Part shown: piece by piece, positions 49,908 through 57,927 of the stretch
How the letters are laid out: the number at the start of each line of letters is the position of its first letter
Numbering within the stretch: position 1 is the first letter of the stretch
NCBI GenBank assembly: GCA_963666735.1
Contig: OY762926.1
Coordinates: forward strand, 2,784,001-2,848,000
Direction of reading: 5' to 3'
Source of the DNA: Gemmatimonadota bacterium
GTDB lineage: Bacteria > Gemmatimonadota > Gemmatimonadetes > Palauibacterales > Palauibacteraceae
DNA: 64,000 bases
Translations under genes and position numbers: made by a program
The notes under the pieces: model-generated
What the model was told of the DNA's origin: nothing
What the model saw: only the letters and a program-made list of their open reading frames with translations
Database searches by the model: none

Positions 49908-50596
49908 ATGGAGTGGACGCCCCCTCCCGGCGGTATCGCAGTGTGCCACGATGGTTCCGAGCAGTTCCGAACCATCCGAGGGAGGAGGCATCCAATGGAA
50001 GAGGTTGGCGTGATCGGAATCGATCTGGCAAAGCGCAGCTTTCAGGTACATGGCGCGCGGGAGGACGAGGAGGCGGCTCGGCTGATGACGATCCCGGGGA
50101 TCGGACCGATCACCGCGCTGGCGATCCAGGCCTTCGCGCCACCGATGGAGAGCTTCCGGCGGGGGCGCGACTTCTCCGCGTGGCTTGGCCTGGTGCCGCG
50201 GCAACACACGACCGGGGGCAAGCCGAGGCTTGGCCGGATATCGAAGATGGGCCAGCGCGATCTCAGGCGGCTGTTGATCACCGGCGACGCACGAGGAGAG
50301 TTATCGCCCTTCGTTGACCTGACGGCCACCGGGCCGAAGGGCGGGCAGCAGTCGGGGATGTGAGCGGGACGTAGGAACGGGTAGGGGCAGACGGTCGATG
50401 AGACGGGATCGGGAAAACCAGTTGGTACCCGAAAGCTCGCAAGCTTGTCCGAGCGATATGGACCTGATCCGCGTACCTCCCATAGGGGCCGGCGGCGGCA
50501 GGCCGCATGAACAGGCCGGATAGACGACAGCACCCGACCACCCTGCACCCGAGCCGGTCTACAGACGGCTTGCATCAACGGGGGCGTCCATAGACG
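49908..50596 (+). mobile_element. IS110-family (IS1111 subgroup) non-autonomous derivative inserted in IS21
   Basis: IGIDLAK..FQVHG and L.TIPGIGP, GRDFSAWLGLVPRQ.TTGGK..LGRISK.G (49995-50363); perfect 11-bp subterminal IRs TGGACGCCCCC (49914-49924) / GGGGGCGTCCA (50580-50590). Confidence 0.85.
50364..50580 (+). ncRNA. Putative IS1111 seekRNA/bridge-RNA region
   Basis: Non-coding 3' end of the IS1111 element; contains ATAGACGA (50520-50527), matching the predicted circle junction. Confidence 0.5.
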
Positions 50597-50880
50597 CTAC
50601 TCGCTCACTCCGGGGTGATCGGCATGCGTCGGAATCCGCAGCCGGCGCACGCCGAGGCAGTCGCCCGTATCCAAGACGTAGGCCAGCAGGGGGGGTGGTG
50701 CGAGGGACGGCCCGGCTTCTTCGGGTTGTAGCCCTTCTCCGCCCCGGCCTGTTTCAGCCCGTAGCGCACCACCACGGTCGAGTCCATGACGACCGTCGCC
50801 GACCGGGGCGCCCCGCCGGCCATCTCCCAGCGCCGCCGCACCATCCGCCACAGCAACTCGTCGAGCAGGGGGGACAGCAC

Positions 50881-51146
50881 CGGCCACGTCTTCCTCCGCA
50901 TGCTCGCCTACCACGTCGAGTGGCACATGAGACGCGCCCTCGCCCCCATCCTCTTTGACGACGACGACCCCGGCGCCGCCGAGACCCTGCACGCCTCGCC
51001 CGCCCCACTCCTCTCCAGGCCGAAGCCTTCCGGCTCCTCGGCGTCAAACCGTGAACCGTACCCAGTAGCGTACACCCCCGAAACCGAGTCATGTCACCAC
51101 ACCGCAACGACTTGTCGCGTTCCGGGCTGCGGAAGTTCGCTTTAGG
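50881..51146 (+). mobile_element. IS1634-family transposase C-terminal remnant and right end
   Basis: GHVFLRMLAYHVEWHMRRALAPILFDDDD; terminal GGAAGTTCGCTTTAGG. Confidence 0.65.
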
Positions 51147-51205
51147 TGCTGCGGTCCAGGTACAGCCACGTTCGCAAGCCGCCCCGATGAACCCCACCTC
51201 TTAGG

Positions 51206-51604
51206 TCAAGCAGGGAGGCGCTGGGAGACGGAGATGGGGTAGCCGTCCGGGTCGCGCACCGTAAACTCGATCGAGCGGGCGTTCGGGTTCTCGTGCGGTT
51301 CGTCCAGACAGTCGGCTCCCATGGCGCGGGCGCGCTCGAACACTGCCTGCGCATCCTCGGTGTAGAAGTAGAGAAGTACGCCGCGGCCGGGCGTCCCCTC
51401 ATGTGGATCCGTCATCCCGGGATGCGCCTTGAACTCGCGGTGGTGCAGCATCAGTTCGACGCTTCCGTCCGGGGCGAGGAGGCGCTCGAAGTGATGGCCG
51501 CCACGCCCACTCACGAACCCGAAGAGTTCGACGTACCAGGCTGAACTCGCCGCTACGTCCCGAACGACGAGCATCGGCGTGAGGCCTTGACCGGTCGCGG
51601 CCAA
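51206..51604 (-). CDS. VOC (glyoxalase/bleomycin resistance) family protein
   Basis: L.VRDV..S..WY..LFGF; EFTVRDPDGY. Confidence 0.8.
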   Translation of the reverse strand: MAATGQGLTPMLVVRDVAASSAWYVELFGFVSGRGGHHFERLLAPDGSVELMLHHREFKAHPGMTDPHEGTPGRGVLLYFYTEDAQAVFERARAMGADCLDEPHENPNARSIEFTVRDPDGYPISVSQRLPA

Positions 51605-51647
51605 CGGTCTGGATCTCCGGGCGCCGGCGGCCGGTTTCGGGCTGTCG

Positions 51648-53039
51648 CTAGTGATTCGAGTTGTTCGTTGCCGCCTCAGCGGCCTGCCTCGCCTCCTCGC
51701 GCGTGGCGACGAGCGCCTCGAACTCCGCGGGATCGAGGTAGGTCACGTCGACCCACAGATGGGCCATCTCGTCCACGGTCCGGTCCCCGTAGTCGACCCA
51801 CTGCTCGTGGTCCGGGTTGTTCGGGTTCTCGGGCGTGTTGTCGTGCCAGGCGGTGATGACGAGGGTGGTGCCCGCGGGTAGGAGCGGGGCGGCGTCTTCC
51901 TCGTAGATGTAGTTGATGTGCCAGTTCCACTGGAAGTTGTCGACCTGGTTGATCAACTCCTTGCGGCCATCCGGGTAGATCGCCTCGAGCGACATCGCCT
52001 TGCCGCGCATGTGCATGTGCGGCTGGAAGTTCTCCAGGCGGGCGGGCCAGCGCAGCGTGTGGAAGTCCTGCGTCACGGCGATCTCGCCAGGCGGGATGTC
52101 CAGGCCTGTTCGGCCGCTGGCGCCGAAGAATGCGAGCCGGGTGCGGTTCCGCGGCTCCTCCCCCTTCGGATAGAACCAGACGCCGAGTTCGACGTAACTG
52201 TCCTCGACGAGCTTGCCCATGGCGTGGAGGTGGACCTCCCAGCGGATCCGCGAGCCGGGGAGCATCACCTTGCCCGCGCCCTCGGGGAAGATCTCGCCCT
52301 CCTTGCCCACGGCCCACTCCATGAACAGGCCCGGGTCGCCCATCGCGCCCCCTCGCGTGCTCGCCTCGACGATGCCGGCGCTCATGGGGCTCTCCTCCTC
52401 GTCCTGCTGGAGGAAGGCGAGGACATGGTGCGTGATCGTACGCGCGTCGTTGCCGGCCGGCTTGATCTCGATCGCCTTCACCCAGCGCGGCTCCGCGATG
52501 CCGGTCGGCGTTACAGGCCGCCACCACTTGTCCATCGTCTCGGCTTCGAGCGTGTAGGGCTCGGACGCGACGACGAGGTCGGGCTCGCCGAACTCATCGA
52601 GGAGGCGCCATTCGTTCGGATCGGGGAACTCGGCGGGCGGCGGCAGGTCCGCCGGATCGCCTTCCACCCGGCCGCCATCGATCCACGCGAGGATCGTCCC
52701 GATCTCTTCGCTCGACAGGCTGCGGTCGTTCCTGAACGCCTGGATCCCGACAGTCGGGTCGAGGTGCCAGGGCGGCATGATGCGGTTCGAGACCTTCTCG
52801 CGGATCCCGGAGGCCCAGCGATAGGCGTCCCGGTAGGTGAGGAGCGACATGGGGGCGATCGAGCCCTCCTGGTGACACTCCTGGCAGTTCGCCTGGAGGA
52901 TCGGCGCCACGTCCCGGTTGAAGGTCACCCCCCCGGGACCGTTCTCCTGCGCCTGCGCCGGTCCCGCAGCGCCCAGAACGCCGAGTGCCGTGCCGAACGC
53001 GATGGCGGCGAGCTTATGGGAGATCGGTGTCTGTCTCAT
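51648..53039 (-). CDS. Exported c-type heme + copper type II (PHM/DBH-like) monooxygenase-fold protein
   Basis: TFNRDVAPILQANCQECH...MPPW; THH, VHLH, PHMHMRGK, DEM. Confidence 0.75.
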   Translation of the reverse strand: MRQTPISHKLAAIAFGTALGVLGAAGPAQAQENGPGGVTFNRDVAPILQANCQECHQEGSIAPMSLLTYRDAYRWASGIREKVSNRIMPPWHLDPTVGIQAFRNDRSLSSEEIGTILAWIDGGRVEGDPADLPPPAEFPDPNEWRLLDEFGEPDLVVASEPYTLEAETMDKWWRPVTPTGIAEPRWVKAIEIKPAGNDARTITHHVLAFLQQDEEESPMSAGIVEASTRGGAMGDPGLFMEWAVGKEGEIFPEGAGKVMLPGSRIRWEVHLHAMGKLVEDSYVELGVWFYPKGEEPRNRTRLAFFGASGRTGLDIPPGEIAVTQDFHTLRWPARLENFQPHMHMRGKAMSLEAIYPDGRKELINQVDNFQWNWHINYIYEEDAAPLLPAGTTLVITAWHDNTPENPNNPDHEQWVDYGDRTVDEMAHLWVDVTYLDPAEFEALVATREEARQAAEAATNNSNH

Positions 53040-53076
53040 GGTCGTGCTCCTCCAGCCTGACTCGGAAGGCGTCGCG

Positions 53077-53919
53077 TCACGGGTCTACGATGACCCGCAC
53101 GAATCCGTTCGTCCAGCAGCATTGCGCGTGCCCCGCGGCGGCGACGCCCGATCCGTCGTTCGCCCGCACGCGCAGGATGTATTCGCCTGGCTCGCTGAAG
53201 GTGACCGGCGTGATGGCTTCGGCTCCGCTGGCCGGGACGCGGGCGGTCGGCTCGGCGAACTTGGCATCGCCCGGACCCTGGTGCTTGAACCACGTGAGGT
53301 TGACCGGCGAGCCGTCGCGACTCCCCGCGACGAAGTGACTGCGTCCCACACCGTCGTCCCGGACGTGGACGCTCACATTGAGCGGTTCCCCTACCCGGGC
53401 CGCGAGGGGGCCTCCCCAGGCGCCGGCCGGCCCCGCGCCTTCGTCGCCGGCTCCGAAGCGGAGGACGGGAGGCGTGTTCCCGTCCCCGGCTTCGCCCTTG
53501 AGCGCGTCGATCTGCCAGTCACGGTGCAGGTGGCCGGGGATGCGGAACGTCTGTCCGCGCATCTTCAGCGTCCAGTAGACGTTCCCCTCGCCGAAATCCG
53601 CCGGAACCCGGACGACGAACACGCCGTAGTGGCGCCGCGGCGCAAAGGACGTGGGCTGGACGCCCTGGAACTCCGCCGGCTCGACCAAGTTCTCGGGCCC
53701 CAGGGGGACCTCGATCGTCTCGTCGAAGTTCCGGTTGAAATAGCCGAACGAGAGGGACAGGGTGCCGTCCCCGTTCGGATACCAGCCCTCGTAGGCGGGA
53801 GTCACCGTCTGCCCCCGTCCGCTCCGGCTGCCCAACGGGACCTGGCCCGCGAGCGGTGAGGCTTCGGCGCACAGCGCCGCGATGACCGCGGCGGACGCCA
53901 GGATCCGGGCAGGTCTCAT
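53077..53919 (-). CDS. Exported hypothetical protein with C-terminal Ig/PKD-like domain
   Basis: Signal peptide; GQTVTPAYEGWY.N.DG..S.SFGYFNRN; FSEPGEY.LR..AND; QCCWTN. Confidence 0.7.
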   Translation of the reverse strand: MRPARILASAAVIAALCAEASPLAGQVPLGSRSGRGQTVTPAYEGWYPNGDGTLSLSFGYFNRNFDETIEVPLGPENLVEPAEFQGVQPTSFAPRRHYGVFVVRVPADFGEGNVYWTLKMRGQTFRIPGHLHRDWQIDALKGEAGDGNTPPVLRFGAGDEGAGPAGAWGGPLAARVGEPLNVSVHVRDDGVGRSHFVAGSRDGSPVNLTWFKHQGPGDAKFAEPTARVPASGAEAITPVTFSEPGEYILRVRANDGSGVAAAGHAQCCWTNGFVRVIVDP

Positions 53920-54830
53920 CGCCCCGCTTCCGCCATGCTCGCCTCGATCGAGGCCCGGATCGCCTTCACCGTCTCATCCACCCGGAAGCGGAGCAGCTTC
54001 TTTCCGGTGGCGATCGCCTCCTCCTTCGGGGCGATGGAAACGCCGTTGATGCTGGCCCGGCCCGCGGCCACGCGCTCGTCGTAGCGCACCATGGCCGGGT
54101 CCTCGACCATCATGATCGCAGTGATGACGAAGTCGTCGTGGATCCCCTCCGGGTCCGTCTCGAAGATGCCGAGTTCGTCGTTCATCCACTGGTGGACGTC
54201 GCGGTAGCGGTAGAACTCGGGGATGAAGTGCGCCTGCCCGTCGTACCAGCGCTCGTTCAGGCGGGCCGCGACCGCCTCCATGCCGGACTGGTTCCCGCCG
54301 CTGTCGCCGAACAGGATGATGTGCTCGAAGCCGTGCGCCCTGAGGCTCGACGCCACGTCATCGAGCACCGCCTCGAACGTCTCCTGCCGCAGGCTGATCG
54401 TGCCCGGATACCGCATGTGGCCCGACGGCTCATCGATGTCCCCCTCGGGGACGAGCTTGATGATCGGCGCGCAGAGCGCGTTTCCGAGTTCGCGCGCCAC
54501 GCCCTCGCAGGCGCCCTGGAGCACGTAATTGTGCTTGCCGGTCGCCAGGTACGGCCCGTTCTGCTCGATGCCGCCCGTCGTGATGATCGCGGTGGTCTTC
54601 CCGGCCGCCATCGCGTCCCGGACCTCCATCCACGTCATCTCCTCGATCCAGATGGTGTCGAACGCCTCGATGGGCCGCTCCGACGCAAGTTCCTCCTGGG
54701 TGCGGCGCTCGCGCTCCGCCGCCATCCGGGCGCGCTCTTCCGCCGTCATGTTCCGCTGCTGGCCCGCGAGCGCCGAGGCCGAAACCGCGAACAGCGCGAG
54801 CAGGGGAAGGATCGATCGGGACTTTCTCAT
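53916..54830 (-). CDS. Exported creatininase-family protein with a divergent active site
   Basis: Signal peptide; EEMTW.EV, GGIEQNGPY, HM.YPGTISL, GDSGGN, GIHDD. Confidence 0.8.
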   Translation of the reverse strand: MRKSRSILPLLALFAVSASALAGQQRNMTAEERARMAAERERRTQEELASERPIEAFDTIWIEEMTWMEVRDAMAAGKTTAIITTGGIEQNGPYLATGKHNYVLQGACEGVARELGNALCAPIIKLVPEGDIDEPSGHMRYPGTISLRQETFEAVLDDVASSLRAHGFEHIILFGDSGGNQSGMEAVAARLNERWYDGQAHFIPEFYRYRDVHQWMNDELGIFETDPEGIHDDFVITAIMMVEDPAMVRYDERVAAGRASINGVSIAPKEEAIATGKKLLRFRVDETVKAIRASIEASMAEAGR

Positions 54831-54978
54831 GGGACACCTCGTTTCAGCAAGCAGGGACCGGCACCAACTCCCCAACGCTAGCATATCCCTTCCCACCCGG
54901 ACCAGTCCGGCCGCCGGCCTGCCAGAGGAGCTGCATGACCCCACGAGTGTGGCCGACTGCCCTCCGATGAGGAGATTC

Positions 54979-55362
54979 TCAAGGCAAGCGGTCGGCGAAC
55001 GACTCGAAGTCCATTCGGAAGCGGTTCCTCTCTAGAACCGCTCTCAATGCATCGGCCTCCGGGATGGTGATGATCTTGGTGCGGACAGCCCGGATCAGTA
55101 TTCCCGCCGTCGTCAGGACACGTCCTTCGCCGATGCGTTCGACGGCAATCCGACGCACCCGGCGAAGTTCGTCACAAGCGAAGAGCCAGTTGCGGCACTC
55201 TGCCGCCGCAAGGCAAGCTGCCTCTCCGCGTCCCATGACCTGCTCATGTCTTCTGGCCAGCAGTAGTTCCGCGGGGTGCGGTCGTGGTGGCATCGAGCGC
55301 TACATGGTGCATGCGCCGTGACGTGTCCGCGTTTCGGTGGCGCGAACGCTACAGGGGTTCAT
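54979..55362 (-). pseudogene. PIN-domain protein remnant (N-terminal half lost or disrupted)
   Basis: C-terminal PIN motif GRGEAACLAAA.......ACDE.R; in-frame stop upstream; directly downstream of the XRE-ImmA gene. Confidence 0.6.
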
Positions 55363-56617
55363 GGTCGCCCACCATGACTGGGGCCGGCTCCGGCGGACTC
55401 AGGCCGGCATCTTCAAGCATGACGTCGGGATCCGACGTTGCGCCGATCAGACGCACAAGTTCCCGCCACTTCCCCCTTGAAATCTCCTCCCGGCGATATG
55501 CCTCGATCGCCAGGGCGAGGAAACGAGATCGAGACTGTTTCCGCGCTTCCGCGTGATCAGGTTCCGGCAGATTGAGAAGGTCCCTGAATTGCTTCGTGCG
55601 CCCAGCGGCGTCCGCCTCGGCGAGTCTGGCACGCTCCCGCTCGTTGATGAGACGCAACCCCTTCAAGCGGTACAACATCGCGGCACAGCTGACGCGAAAT
55701 CGATGAGCCAGGCGTACGACATCGTACAACTGCAATTGCTGGCTTCCCGGCGGGGTGCGCCCCTCGACGCTCAGCGCGGCGTCCTCATCGAAGATATCCA
55801 TGCGGTTACGGCTCGAATGTCCCTTCGCCAACCCGTGAATCATGGAGCGGATTCCCTCCTCGGGCATCAGGAAGGAGGCGGCGAACGCATTGGCGCGGAC
55901 TTCTTCGAAGTTGTCCCTTTCACTGGACCGGCTGATCGTTCCTCTGCCATCGCGATCGAACAACACATGGGCGTACTCGTGGGCGAAGGAGAAACGACGT
56001 CGCAGGACGTGGTGATCGATGTTGACTGCGGTCAGTACGCAGTTGCCGGGGTCGATCAGCGTGAGGCCGGAAACATCATCCGGGAGCGTCTCTTGCGCGG
56101 CGACGATCCCTTGATCCTCCAGAAGCTCCGCCAAATCAGGCGGCGGACCGATACCGAGATCCAGGCGGCGGCGTTCGTCGCCCGCGGCCCTCGAGCCTTG
56201 ACGAACCGCTTCCCATTTCGTGTCCGGCGTGGGAAGCGTGTACGTGGGCGTACCGAGCGATTCCCGCCGAATTCCGAGAAACCTCTCCAAGTTCACGACT
56301 TCCCGTCCGAGCACGACACACCTGCGTAGCGTCTCCAGCGTTTCCTCGTCGACCCTGGATTCGTCGTGTCGCCGGAACAGGGCGGTGATCGGCTCTCGAT
56401 CGACAAATTCATCGGCCAAGAGTTCCTGAAGATCGCGCGCGTAAAGGTATGCGAGGCGGTGCAACTCAAGACCGGAAACGCTGCGGCTTCCCGACTCGAT
56501 CTCCGAGACCGCCGACCGCTGGATGCCGAGGTGCTGAGCGACCGCCGCCTGGGTCATGTTGCAGCTTTCGCGCACCTCGCGGAGGCGGCGGGCGAGTTCC
56601 TGTTGATCGATTGCCAT
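55349..56617 (-). CDS. XRE HTH + ImmA/IrrE (M78) metallopeptidase
   Basis: LREVRE...TQ..VA..LGI.RS.VSEIESG.R; RRRFSFAHEYAH; E.RANAFAA.FLMP. Confidence 0.9.
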   Translation of the reverse strand: MAIDQQELARRLREVRESCNMTQAAVAQHLGIQRSAVSEIESGSRSVSGLELHRLAYLYARDLQELLADEFVDREPITALFRRHDESRVDEETLETLRRCVVLGREVVNLERFLGIRRESLGTPTYTLPTPDTKWEAVRQGSRAAGDERRRLDLGIGPPPDLAELLEDQGIVAAQETLPDDVSGLTLIDPGNCVLTAVNIDHHVLRRRFSFAHEYAHVLFDRDGRGTISRSSERDNFEEVRANAFAASFLMPEEGIRSMIHGLAKGHSSRNRMDIFDEDAALSVEGRTPPGSQQLQLYDVVRLAHRFRVSCAAMLYRLKGLRLINERERARLAEADAAGRTKQFRDLLNLPEPDHAEARKQSRSRFLALAIEAYRREEISRGKWRELVRLIGATSDPDVMLEDAGLSPPEPAPVMVGDHEPL

Positions 56618-56680
56618 GATCTCGGCCTCTGGATTGATTCGTAGCTGTCGCGCGACTCCTTCGCACCACGAAGTGTGCGA

Positions 56681-56709
56681 AAGATGAAAAATCCCACATT
56701 GTCCGTCAA
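56681..56709 (-). promoter_or_regulatory. Putative sigma70 promoter of the XRE-ImmA gene
   Basis: Minus strand TTGACG-N17-CATCTT followed by hairpin TTCGCAC...GTGCGAA. Confidence 0.55.
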
Positions 56710-56916
56710 GTTTTGCCAAGGAATCGTCGCCCATTACGACAATATGGTGGCGATCCGCGTCGGGCGAGCGCTCCGACCCCGGCGGGGCCAATCCGCCAGT
56801 CCGTCGAAGTTCACGGTTTGGGCAACGGAATCCTGACGGCTGCTCTTCCTGCGGGTCTGGCGGGCGCTACCCTCGATGGGAGAAGATGCGGACCAGGTTC
56901 TCTCCTTCACGGAGGC

Positions 56917-57927
56917 ATGGAGATGGTTCGGCGGACCTCTGATCGGATTTTCTGGCTGGCTCTTCCATTCCTCGCCGCGTGCGGGGTGCCCGGCGATACT
57001 TCCTCTGACGCGGCGTCGAGTGCGGCGGTGGACGCCGCGGCGGCGGGGCCGGCGACGTCGGACCCCTACGCGCACGGGTTCACGGACGCGGACTATCCGC
57101 GCGTGATCGAAGTGGCGGAGGACGTGTACGCGTACGAGCAGATCCATCCGACGGGGGGCGAGATCATCACCACGGTGAGCCTCATCGTCATCACGTCGGC
57201 AGGGGTGCTCGTCGCGGACGGCCAGGAGAATCCCGAGGAGACCCAGCGGCTCGTCGACACGATCGCGGGCATGACGGAGCAGCCGATCACGCACGTCGTC
57301 GTCGCCTCGGACCACGGGGACCACACGGGCGGGAACTCCGCCTTCCCCCCGGAGGCTCGGTTCCTCGCGCACCCCACTTCCGCGGCGATCCTGGAGGCGA
57401 ACGCGGCCAACCCGAACCGACCGGCGGAGGCGCCCCCGGTCATCGTTCCGACCGAGGTCGTGGGCGAGGATACGGTGCTCGAACTCGGCGGGCGCGACAT
57501 CCGGCTCCTTCATCTCGGCCGCGCGCACACGGGCGGCGACCTTGTCGTGTACGTGCCCGAGGGGAAGGTGCTGTTCATGAGCGAGACGTACCTGAAGCAC
57601 ATCTTTCCCGCCATGCGCTCCGCATATCCCTCGGAGTGGGTGGCGATGCTGGACCGCGCGCTCGAGATGGACGTGGATGTCTACGTCCCCGGGCACGGAG
57701 TGATGGAGTCGCCGGAGATTCTCGAGGCGGGGCTCGTGTCGTTCCGCGATGCGGTGCAACAGGTCGTGGAGGAGGCGACGCGATTCCACGGCGAAGGGAT
57801 GAGTGCCGGCGGAGCGGCCGAGGCGGCGGGGTTCGGCGCCATCGAGGCCTGGTCGCTGCGAGACAGCCAGAAGCCGCGCGCGATTCAGCGCGTCTACATG
57901 GAGCTGAACGGAGAGTTGCCCGGATGA
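56917..57927 (+). CDS. MBL-fold metallo-hydrolase lipoprotein (cyclase-like)
   Basis: Lipobox LAAC; SDHGDHTGGN, AHTGGD, VPGHG. Confidence 0.8.
   Translation: MEMVRRTSDRIFWLALPFLAACGVPGDTSSDAASSAAVDAAAAGPATSDPYAHGFTDADYPRVIEVAEDVYAYEQIHPTGGEIITTVSLIVITSAGVLVADGQENPEETQRLVDTIAGMTEQPITHVVVASDHGDHTGGNSAFPPEARFLAHPTSAAILEANAANPNRPAEAPPVIVPTEVVGEDTVLELGGRDIRLLHLGRAHTGGDLVVYVPEGKVLFMSETYLKHIFPAMRSAYPSEWVAMLDRALEMDVDVYVPGHGVMESPEILEAGLVSFRDAVQQVVEEATRFHGEGMSAGGAAEAAGFGAIEAWSLRDSQKPRAIQRVYMELNGELPG

Larger units (their letters stand above)
49159..50640 (-). mobile_element. IS21-family element with an istA/istB fusion deletion
   Basis: IRs TGCGTATTCCGACGATGCCGACCAC / TGCGGATTCCGACGCATGCCGATCAC with internal repeats; IstA start (RLSMRKIRE, 49835) joined to IstB end (D.T..DAILDRL.NNA). 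Confidence 0.85.
48438..50880 (-). mobile_element. Second IS1380-family element (degenerate), interrupted by IS21
   Basis: DSTVVVRYG.KQAGAEKGYNPKKPGRPSHHP (50650-50800) continues as RAGSAHTA...VRLDKGFFS...VEQRIEEL (48480-49158); right end CCCGGATCCTGCA at 48438. Confidence 0.75.

Noticed and set aside
51147..51205. Possible further IS end (..AACCCCACCTCTTAG)
   Set aside because: No partner inverted repeat or transposase fragment found in the window.
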